Position numbers and translations under genes: made by a program. 18,003 nucleotides of DNA from Nanobdellota archaeon (lineage in GTDB: Archaea; Nanobdellota; Nanobdellia; Woesearchaeales; SM23-78). Location: positions 1 through 18,003 of the forward strand of contig JBBSWA010000019.1 in NCBI GenBank assembly GCA_038046485.1, read 5' to 3'. The notes under the pieces are model-generated. The model made no database searches and was not told the DNA's origin. It saw only the letters and a program-made list of their open reading frames with translations. This document shows positions 1 through 7,083 of this stretch, in pieces. The first letter of the stretch is position 1, and each line of letters starts with the position of its first letter.

Positions 1-84
1 CAGCCTAAACATCCCCCCAACCCAAAGGGTTGCCCGAATTATGCAACACAGCATTAACGAATAACCTCTAGATGATGATGCAAA

Positions 85-240
85 ATGACCGAACTCTACA
101 TTCCAAGAACAGAAAAAGAAGCACATGCAGCTTTGGCGCTAGGCTACAAACCCATTTACTGCACCTGCGTATTGTGCAAACTCATCGGAAAAAAATGGAT
201 GGTCCGAGATCATGTAAAAGAAGAACTGAACCTATTTTAA
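85..240 (+). CDS. small hypothetical protein, 51 aa, with CxCxxC
   Basis: Read by hand: ATG(85)...TAA(240) gives MTELYIPRTEKEAHAALALGYKPIYCTCVLCKLIGKKWMVRDHVKEELNLF. An in-frame TGA lies just upstream at 76-78. It is below the length cutoff of the supplied track. Confidence 0.45.
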   Translation: MTELYIPRTEKEAHAALALGYKPIYCTCVLCKLIGKKWMVRDHVKEELNLF

Positions 241-261
241 ACACAATCAAGGTAGGGTTAA

Positions 262-369
262 GTCAAGTGAAGGGTGCTTGGCAGTCTCGAACGGCTTTGC
301 GAGCAATTTGCTCTCTCGCTGCCGTTCGGTCGTATGAAACAAAGGTTTATTTTTGACACTTAACTTGAC
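262..369 (+). ncRNA. candidate structured RNA of unknown family
   Basis: Nested inverted repeats: GTCAAGTGAAG (262-272) with CTTAACTTGAC (359-369), one mismatch; CGAACGGC (288-295) with GCCGTTCG (321-328); GCGAG (299-303) with CTCGC (315-319). A TATTTTAAAC TATA-like box sits about 25 nt upstream. The strand is inferred. Confidence 0.35.
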
Positions 370-389
370 AATACCTCAAGGTAGTTAAC

Positions 390-397
390 TTTATATA
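390..397 (+). promoter_or_regulatory. TATA box for the thrS leader transcript
   Basis: TTTATATA about 45-50 nt upstream of the leader ORF start. Confidence 0.6.
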
Positions 398-440
398 CTT
401 CCGTCTTCTCCATAACCCCATAACAAACCCAGGTGGTCAT

Positions 441-509
441 ATGAACGCAAACCAAGAGATGAACAGTAAAACCCTTTCTTCTACTACAACCACCACTACG
501 ACCGTATAG
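441..509 (+). promoter_or_regulatory. threonine-rich leader peptide ORF upstream of thrS
   Basis: ATG AAC GCA AAC CAA GAG ATG AAC AGT AAA ACC CTT TCT TCT ACT ACA ACC ACC ACT ACG ACC GTA TAG = MNANQEMNSKTLSSTTTTTTTV*. It has 8 Thr in 22 residues, 7 of them consecutive, and is preceded by AGGTGG 4 nt before the start. Confidence 0.75.
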
Positions 510-532
510 GTCGCTCATTTACCCTGTTTTTT
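499..532 (+). terminator. putative attenuator: short hairpin followed by a T6 tract
   Basis: CGACC-gtata-GGTCG (499-513) overlaps the leader stop codon. TTTTTT follows at 527-532. Archaeal termination can occur on oligo-T tracts. Confidence 0.4.
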
Positions 533-583
533 GTCAACAATACCAAAAGATAATTAAAGAATACTCGACAAAAGGTGATGATC

Positions 584-2506
584 ATGATCGAACTCACATT
601 CCCAGATGGAAACAAGAAGAAATACAAGGAAGGAATAACTCCGATTGAGATAGCAAAAGAAATCTCAAGAAGTTTAGGAGAAAAGGCCTTAGCAGCAAAG
701 CTAGGGGATAAGGTAATTGACCTTCTTTCTCCCATTAAAGAGAATGACTCATTTAAGATTTTGACTTTTGAAGATCCGGAAGGAAAGGCGGCCTTTTGGC
801 ATACCGCTGCTCATTTATTAGGGGATGCCGTCTTGCAATTATACCCCGATGCCAAACGCACCATTGGCCCGGCCATCGAAGAAGGATTCTACTACGATTT
901 TTTTAGAGAAAAGCCCTTCACCCCCGAAGAGATGGAAAAGATCGAAAAGCGCATGAAAGAAATCGCGAGTCAAGATGCCCCCCTTTTCAGAGAAGACTTC
1001 ACCGCAGCAAAAGCAAAAGAATTCTATCACGACAACCCTTTCAAGCAAGAGCTCATCGACGAATTCGCACCGCAAGGAAAAGGCTCATTGTCCTTTTACT
1101 GCCATGGAGAGTATAAAGATCTCTGTAAAGGCGGCCACGTCGCAAGTACAGGGTTACTCAAGGCAATTAAGCTCCTCAAGACCTCAGGTGCTTATTGGCG
1201 GGGCAATGCCAGTAATCCGCAATTGCAGCGCATCTATGGCATCGCCTTCCCAGCGGAAAAAGAGTTAAAAGAATACGTACAACGCCTGGAAGAAGCAGAG
1301 AAACGCAATCACGTCAAACTAGGGCAAGAACTTGACTTATTCAGTACCGAAGCAGAGATGTTAGGTGGGGGCTTAATCCTCTGGCATCCGAAAGGGGCAC
1401 TAATCCGTTACCTCGTCGAAGATTTCTGCATGAAAGAACATCTTGCAAAGGGATATGATATTGTTTCGACTCCCCACATTGGAAAAAGCACTTTGTGGAA
1501 AACATCTGGTCATCTAGACTTTTATAAGGAGTCCATGTATTCGCCGATCGACATAGAAGGACAAGAATATTATCTAAAACCTATGAATTGCCCATTTCAT
1601 ATACTGATTTATAAGAACCGATTACGCAGCTATCGTGACCTTCCTTTACGATATGCTGAGTGGGGAACTGTCTATCGCTATGAAATGAGTGGGGTCTTGA
1701 ACGGATTGCTTCGTGTACGAGGATTTACACAAGATGATGCACATCATTTTGTACAACCTGAAAAGATGCCGGAAGAAATAGATTTTGTGCTTAACTTTTG
1801 TTTAGATATCTTACGTAATTTGGGCTTAACAAACTTCCAAGCCTATCTGAGCACGCGTCCAGAAGGAAAGAAAGCAGTAGGAGATCCAAAACAGTGGGAA
1901 GAGGCACAAATAGCATTAGAAGAGGCTCTTAAACGAGCAAAGCTCCCATACCAGATAGATGCAGGAGGAGGAGCATTTTATGGACCAAAAATTGATTTAA
2001 AATTCAAAGATGCCTTGAACCGAGAATGGCAATTAAGCACGATTCAATTTGACTTCAACTTGCCGCAGCGTTTTGACATTAGCTACATTGGAGAAGACGG
2101 ACAACGGCATCAACCCTACATGGTTCATCGGGCTTTACTCGGATCTATGGAGCGCTTTTTTGGAACATTAATTGAGCATTACGCCGGCCGATTCCCTCTC
2201 TGGCTAAGTCCTGTACAAGTAAAAGTGCTCAACCTCACCGATCGCCAAATAGATTATGCCAAGAAGGTTACCGAACAAATGAAGCAAGCAGGTCTACGTG
2301 TAGAGTTAGACGACCGTTCCTTGACGTTAGGCAAAAAGATCCGCGACGCCCAATTAGAACAAGCGAATTTCATCCTGGTCGTAGGTGACAAAGAAATGCA
2401 AGAAAACACAGTCAACATTCGTACTCGAGAAGGTGGCGTGCAGGGTACGAAAGAAATCAATGTCTTCATTGCTGAACTACTCGAAGAAGTTAGAAAACGC
2501 GTTTAA
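584..2506 (+). CDS. thrS: threonyl-tRNA synthetase, bacterial-type domain layout (TGS, editing, catalytic, anticodon-binding)
   Basis: N-terminal TGS-like IELTFPDGNKKKYKEG; editing motifs HTAAHLL and DLCKGGH; motif 2 region RVRGFTQDDAHHF; class II catalytic core. The SD GGTGA (574-578) favours ATG 584 over GTG 575. Confidence 0.96.
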   Translation: MIELTFPDGNKKKYKEGITPIEIAKEISRSLGEKALAAKLGDKVIDLLSPIKENDSFKILTFEDPEGKAAFWHTAAHLLGDAVLQLYPDAKRTIGPAIEEGFYYDFFREKPFTPEEMEKIEKRMKEIASQDAPLFREDFTAAKAKEFYHDNPFKQELIDEFAPQGKGSLSFYCHGEYKDLCKGGHVASTGLLKAIKLLKTSGAYWRGNASNPQLQRIYGIAFPAEKELKEYVQRLEEAEKRNHVKLGQELDLFSTEAEMLGGGLILWHPKGALIRYLVEDFCMKEHLAKGYDIVSTPHIGKSTLWKTSGHLDFYKESMYSPIDIEGQEYYLKPMNCPFHILIYKNRLRSYRDLPLRYAEWGTVYRYEMSGVLNGLLRVRGFTQDDAHHFVQPEKMPEEIDFVLNFCLDILRNLGLTNFQAYLSTRPEGKKAVGDPKQWEEAQIALEEALKRAKLPYQIDAGGGAFYGPKIDLKFKDALNREWQLSTIQFDFNLPQRFDISYIGEDGQRHQPYMVHRALLGSMERFFGTLIEHYAGRFPLWLSPVQVKVLNLTDRQIDYAKKVTEQMKQAGLRVELDDRSLTLGKKIRDAQLEQANFILVVGDKEMQENTVNIRTREGGVQGTKEINVFIAELLEEVRKRV

Positions 2507-2877
2507 CGTCGTTTTTTCTTTTTTCCAGACTTTTTAGCTTTTTTAGCTGGTTTTTTAGTCTTTTTAGAAGCTTTTTTCTTGGACTTAGATGCCTTTTTCG
2601 CTTTTTTCTTTGATTTTAGAGCTTTTTTGTGTTTTTTAGCTGGTTTCTTAACTTTAGAAGGTTTTTCGCTCTTTTCTTCCTCTTCTCCAGTCTTTTCTTC
2701 CCCAGTTTCATCTTCAGAAACCTCTTCTTTAGGTTCTTCTACAGCTTCATCATAGCCGGCCATGAAGGCTTCTTCTTGAGGAGAGATTTCGTCGTCCTTA
2801 ACCAGCTCTTCTCGGGCGTTGTCGTCGTATACTTCATCAAACTCAGGTTTGTCTTCCGACTCTTCATCGTATCCCAT
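2503..2877 (-). CDS. small protein with acidic N-terminal half and Lys-rich histone H1-like C-terminal tail
   Basis: 124-aa ORF. The acidic segment (EVSEDETGEEKTGEEEEK) precedes a (K/S/A/P)-rich tail ending GKKKKRR. A CTTTAAATA box lies upstream on the minus strand. Confidence 0.75.
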   Translation of the reverse strand: MGYDEESEDKPEFDEVYDDNAREELVKDDEISPQEEAFMAGYDEAVEEPKEEVSEDETGEEKTGEEEEKSEKPSKVKKPAKKHKKALKSKKKAKKASKSKKKASKKTKKPAKKAKKSGKKKKRR

Positions 2878-2902
2878 AGTTCTCCCTGGAGCGTGGTTTT
2901 AT

Positions 2903-3215
2903 TTAAAGATTTCGCTCGGATTTCGTCGTCGAGACTGAATCCTTTTTATGTTTGAGAATAACCTCTTCCTCACCGCGTTTAATGGCAAGCACGAAAAGCG
3001 CCTTGTTTTCCTTTTCGAGTTTATCAAGAACCACCGTCAAACACTTATGAATAAGTGGTTCTTGATCATTCCAGATTCCACATATGAATACGTGAGATTT
3101 AGACCGCCGTCCAGAAAATAGTGGAATCTGTTATTTCAATCTGCGCCTGTTTGCGCACGAGCTCTTCTTCCAGAATCTGAATTTTTTTCTCGTAGTCAAC
3201 TGGCAAGGGTTCCAT
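2903..3215 (-). pseudogene. possible frameshifted gene of about 100 aa
   Basis: Frame A (3215..3099) reads MEPLPVDYEKKIQILEEELVRKQAQIEITDSTIFWTAV*. The next frame has no ATG and reads SGRRSKSHVFICGIWNDQEPLIHKCLTVVLDKLEKENKALFVLAIKRGEEEVILKHKKDSVSTTKSERNL* to 2903. The switch falls near ATTTTC. Confidence 0.4.
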
Positions 3216-3260
3216 GCCTTATTTTATAGAACAGTAGGTATTAAAGTTTTCGTGGCAAGG

Positions 3261-3268
3261 TTTATATA
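3261..3268 (+). promoter_or_regulatory. TATA box
   Basis: TTTATATA about 45 nt upstream of ATG 3312, with the SD GGGTGAG in between. Confidence 0.55.
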
Positions 3269-3311
3269 CTCCTTCCTCGTCAGTATTTTCAATATTAAAA
3301 AGGGTGAGATC

Positions 3312-3569
3312 ATGAACGCATTAAAACACCACCGAATTGCAAAGAAGGCGGCCTCGTTAAGTGTGCGCGCTTTGCTGAAGATGGGCCACGTTGTAAAAAA
3401 GTTACATGAGAAGGGTTACGATGAAAGAGCAGCTAAGCTTTTATTAGCCACTTCCGAGCGCCTTATGCAGGAAGCAAGCCGTTTAGAGCGAGAAGCCAAG
3501 CGCTCAAAAGGAAGTAAGCCTAAGAAGAAAGGAAAAGTGAAGAAAAGAAGTAAGAAGAAGAGAAGATGA
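3312..3569 (+). CDS. small basic helical protein with Lys/Arg-rich tail
   Basis: MNALKHHRIAKKAASLSVRALLKMGHVVKKLHEKGYDERAAKLL...KKKGKVKKRSKKKRR. The internal ATG 3312 fits the SD and TATA placement better than the 3252 start. Confidence 0.7.
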   Translation: MNALKHHRIAKKAASLSVRALLKMGHVVKKLHEKGYDERAAKLLLATSERLMQEASRLEREAKRSKGSKPKKKGKVKKRSKKKRR

Positions 3570-4858
3570 ATGCAAAAGAGGGCGACTGTGTACGGGTCAT
3601 ATGTAAAGACGAATCCATCGAAGGAGTTTTACTGCCCTCAAAAGAAGACTTCATCACCCTTAAATTAAGTAGTGGCTATAATCTAGGAATTGAGCGTTCT
3701 CGCATCGTAAATATAGAGCTCTTACAACCCAAAACGCCTAAGCCGACTGAAAAGAAGCCCATAAAGGTTTCTCCCAATCTTCCGACGATTTCCATTCTGC
3801 ATACGGGGGGAACGATTGCATCGAAGGTAGATTATGATACGGGTAGTGCCGGGCCACATTTCACCCCAGAAGATCTATTGGAAATGTTTCCCGAACTAAG
3901 CAAGCTCGCAAATATTCGAAGCCGCTTAGTAGCAAGTATGTGGTCACAAGACATGCGTTTTTCGCATTACAATTTCTTAGCTAAAGAAGTAGAGAGGGAA
4001 ATCGCGCAAGGAGCAGATGGGATCATAATCCCACAAGGGACAGATTATATCCACTACACAGCTGCCGCACTAAGCTTCATTTTTGAATCGCTTCCCATAC
4101 CGATCTTGATCGTGGGAGCGCAACGCTCCTCGGACAGGGGGGGCAGCGATGCGGCGCTGAACTTACTAAGTGCCATCTATTTCATGACAAAAACAGATTT
4201 CGCTGAAGTGGGCGTGTGCATGCATGCGCATATGAGCGATAGTGAGTGTTGGATTTTGCCAGGAACGAAATGCCGAAAAATGCACACTTCACGCCGGGAC
4301 GCATTTCGACCAATAAATGAGCAAGCATGGGCGTACGTTAATTTCTTAGAAGAAAACATTACTTGGGTTCGTAAAGAATATAAGAAGAAAGAGAAGAAGA
4401 AGCCCGTATTGAAGTTGTTTAAGGACAATATCAAGGTGGGCTTGTTAAAGACGCATCCGAACATGTTTGCAGAAGAATTCTCGTTCTTTGAAGATTATGA
4501 TGGTCTTGTGCTAGAAGCTTCAGGTTTAGGGTGTTTACCGATTACAGAAAAAGATGAAATGACACGAGAATCAGGGCGGATCAAACATAGTTTGTCTACA
4601 TTACTAAAAAAGGGGATCGCGATCGTCGAAGCTCCACAAACACTATACGGCCGCATAAACATGAATGTATACGACGATCAGCGGATCGCGCAAGAAATGG
4701 GTATTCTAGGTCATCTATGTGACATGACTCCAGAAACCGCCTTCATCAAATTGGCCTGGCTACTCAGCAATTATAAGAAGGATAAAATAAAAGAGTTGTA
4801 CGAGAAAAACCTACGCGGAGAGATATCAGATCGTTCGACAGATTATTTCTTGGTATAG
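3566..4858 (+). CDS. gatD: glutamyl-tRNA(Gln) amidotransferase subunit D (asparaginase-like)
   Basis: N-terminal beta domain, then the asparaginase signature ISILHTGGTIASKVDY, with QGTDYIHYTAAALSF and NPHM-like motifs. The start overlaps the upstream stop (ATGA). Confidence 0.95.
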   Translation: MNAKEGDCVRVICKDESIEGVLLPSKEDFITLKLSSGYNLGIERSRIVNIELLQPKTPKPTEKKPIKVSPNLPTISILHTGGTIASKVDYDTGSAGPHFTPEDLLEMFPELSKLANIRSRLVASMWSQDMRFSHYNFLAKEVEREIAQGADGIIIPQGTDYIHYTAAALSFIFESLPIPILIVGAQRSSDRGGSDAALNLLSAIYFMTKTDFAEVGVCMHAHMSDSECWILPGTKCRKMHTSRRDAFRPINEQAWAYVNFLEENITWVRKEYKKKEKKKPVLKLFKDNIKVGLLKTHPNMFAEEFSFFEDYDGLVLEASGLGCLPITEKDEMTRESGRIKHSLSTLLKKGIAIVEAPQTLYGRINMNVYDDQRIAQEMGILGHLCDMTPETAFIKLAWLLSNYKKDKIKELYEKNLRGEISDRSTDYFLV

Positions 4859-4859
4859 C

Positions 4860-5582
4860 TCAACGAGGAGGAAAGGTCATAGACAAGCCATTTGGGAGCA
4901 GTTCTCCATTAAGGCCTTTTACATTCTGACCAAGAACTTCATAGCCAGAACGAAGAGCGTCGTCTTCAGAAGGATACACATCACAGGAGGGGAAATAAAC
5001 CGTAAGGAAGGTTTCTTTGGACAGTTTGTAAGAGAAGCCTGTTAAAACGACTTGTGGATGGCATTCATAGCGAGGGCGGGTTAAGGAAAAAATAACAGCC
5101 TCGTCTAAGACGATAAGTCTAGGTAATGGATCGGTAACAGTGCAAGCATATTTTTGTGGGATCATGGAACAAGCAACTTCAGAAAGAGAAGGCAGTCCAA
5201 GTGTTTCAGCGCGTTGATAAAGCGCAAGGAAGTTTTGGCGGGTGTTTTCATAATCTTCTGCATAAGGGAGTACCGCGGCTGCTCCATTGAAAGTGAGATG
5301 AAAATCACAGGCAGCAGGAGTGCAAGAGATCATTGCGCGAACTTTGTCCGGGTGTTGCGTTCCATAATGAAAGAGGGGGGTAATAACATTTTGAAATTGG
5401 TACGTTAAATCATTCAATGAGGTTTTTAGGCTGGTTCGAAGTTCTTGGAGTTCAAGAGGCCGATCAACTGAAGTAGAGGATGCCTGAGCAGACGCCGAAG
5501 AAGGGGATATGGGAGCAGGAAGTTGCAGAGGGGTATGGGTAAGAGAAAGGGCAGCAACCAATACGGCTAGACTATTTCGCAT
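4860..5582 (-). CDS. hypothetical secreted protein with N-terminal signal peptide
   Basis: From MRNSLAVLVAALSLTHTPLQLPAPISPSSASAQ there is a hydrophobic leader followed by a Ser/Ala region, then TPAACDF and VACSMIPQKYAC cysteines. TTTAAAA about 25 nt upstream supports a leaderless start at 5582. Confidence 0.7.
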   Translation of the reverse strand: MRNSLAVLVAALSLTHTPLQLPAPISPSSASAQASSTSVDRPLELQELRTSLKTSLNDLTYQFQNVITPLFHYGTQHPDKVRAMISCTPAACDFHLTFNGAAAVLPYAEDYENTRQNFLALYQRAETLGLPSLSEVACSMIPQKYACTVTDPLPRLIVLDEAVIFSLTRPRYECHPQVVLTGFSYKLSKETFLTVYFPSCDVYPSEDDALRSGYEVLGQNVKGLNGELLPNGLSMTFPPR

Positions 5583-5655
5583 GGTCTTAGGAGAGGGGGT
5601 GTGCATTTTAAACCTTGGGGATAAGTATAAAAAGGGCAAAAAACTAGGGAAGGAT

Positions 5656-7080
5656 ATGTCTTTAGACTATGCTCGGTTAGGGTTTAAGTGTGGTTTGGAG
5701 ATCCACCAACAGTTAGAGGGGGAAAAGTTATTCTGCCATTGTCCTACTCAGATCCGCAAGGAAGGCGCTGACTTTCTAGTGAAACGTCGTTTAAGAGCTT
5801 CAGCAGGGGAATCGGGCGCAAGGGATCAAGCAGCGGCCTTTGAGCAAGTCAAGCAAAAGGAGTTCATTTACCAGGGGTATCACGATTCCATTTGCTTGGT
5901 GGAATTAGATGAAGAGCCTCCCCACAATATAAACCCTCAAGCATTGCAAACCTCCATTCAAATAGCCAAGCTTCTCAACTGCAAGATCGCGGATCGGATC
6001 ATTTTCATGCGAAAAACTATAGTGGACGGAAGCAACACCTCGGCCTTTCAGCGTACCGCATTAATCGGTCGTAACGGATACTTAGAAGTGAATGGAAAAA
6101 AGGTGGGCATCACCGCGGTTTGCCTCGAAGAAGAAGCGTGCCAGGTCATGGAGCGAAAGGAAAAAGAAGATACCTACAATTTATCCAGGTTAGGGATTCC
6201 ACTCATTGAGATTGCTACGGACGCTTCCATCCATTCCCCTGAAGAATGTAAAATCGTAGCAGAAAAACTCGGGCTCATATTACGAAGTGTTCCGGGGATG
6301 AAGCGAGGCATTGGAACTATCCGTCAGGATGTGAACATTTCCATTAAGGGTGGTGCACGAACGGAAATCAAGGGGTTTCAAGAATACAAGGCCATTCCAA
6401 AAGTAGTTGATGTTGAAGTAATCCGGCAGTTGGATTTAGTCAAGCAAGGAAAACCCATTGATTCAGGCGTTCGAAAAGCCGAGGCCGATTTCACCACTTC
6501 TTTTTTAAGACCCATGCCAGGTGCCGATCGCATGTATCCAGAAACAGACGTCCAAATTATAATTCCTAAAATAGAGGAGCTGGCGAAAGTTGAATTATTA
6601 GAGGATAAAGCAAAGAAATTTATGGACTTAGGAATGAGTAAGGACTTAGCCATGAAGATCGTGAAATCAAGTGATTTGGCTTTGTTTGAAAATCTCTTAA
6701 AGTACAATAAGGTAAAGCCGGCCTTCATCGCAGAAACATTAATCTCCTATGATTCAGATATAAAAGGTAAATTCAAGGAAGCCGATCCGAAAAAGGTAAC
6801 TCCTAAACATTGGGAAGAACTCTTCAAAGAGTTGAATGAGGAAAAGATTGCAAAGACTTCAGTATTGGAAATTCTAGGAGACATTTGCACGGGAAAAAAG
6901 ATGGACTTGAAAAACTACGAAATTGTATCCGATGATGAATTAAAAAAAGAGCTGGAAAAGGTAATAAAGGAAAACCCTTCATCCCCCCCAGGAATGATCA
7001 TCGGTAAAATCATGGAGAAGTACAAAGGAAAAGTGGATGGAAAAAAGGTAGCTGAGTTAGCGAGCAAGATAAAGAGGTAA
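5656..7080 (+). CDS. gatE: glutamyl-tRNA(Gln) amidotransferase subunit E, short form (474 aa)
   Basis: GLEIHQQLEGEKLFCHCPT, LRASAGESG, FMRKTIVDGSNTSAFQRTALIG, FLRPMPGADRMYPETDV. The last motif is GatE-like rather than GatB-like. Start chosen at MSLDYARLGFK; TATA-like AAGTATAAAAAGG lies upstream. Confidence 0.9.
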   Translation: MSLDYARLGFKCGLEIHQQLEGEKLFCHCPTQIRKEGADFLVKRRLRASAGESGARDQAAAFEQVKQKEFIYQGYHDSICLVELDEEPPHNINPQALQTSIQIAKLLNCKIADRIIFMRKTIVDGSNTSAFQRTALIGRNGYLEVNGKKVGITAVCLEEEACQVMERKEKEDTYNLSRLGIPLIEIATDASIHSPEECKIVAEKLGLILRSVPGMKRGIGTIRQDVNISIKGGARTEIKGFQEYKAIPKVVDVEVIRQLDLVKQGKPIDSGVRKAEADFTTSFLRPMPGADRMYPETDVQIIIPKIEELAKVELLEDKAKKFMDLGMSKDLAMKIVKSSDLALFENLLKYNKVKPAFIAETLISYDSDIKGKFKEADPKKVTPKHWEELFKELNEEKIAKTSVLEILGDICTGKKMDLKNYEIVSDDELKKELEKVIKENPSSPPGMIIGKIMEKYKGKVDGKKVAELASKIKR

Positions 7081-7083
7081 AAC

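Noticed and set aside
72-356. 94-aa plus-strand ORF
   Set aside because: Lys/Arg/Ser-rich composition. It overlaps the more coherent 51-aa ORF in another frame and the inverted-repeat region.
262-369. Possible tRNA in the structured region upstream of thrS
   Set aside because: No T-arm, anticodon arm or 7-bp acceptor stem could be assembled on either strand.
496-735. 79-aa minus-strand ORF over the thrS start
   Set aside because: Antisense to the leader region and the thrS TGS domain. No family resemblance.
2629-2955. 108-aa plus-strand Phe-rich ORF
   Set aside because: Antisense to the Lys-rich gene. Phe/Leu/Ser richness is the expected mirror of AAA/AAG codons.
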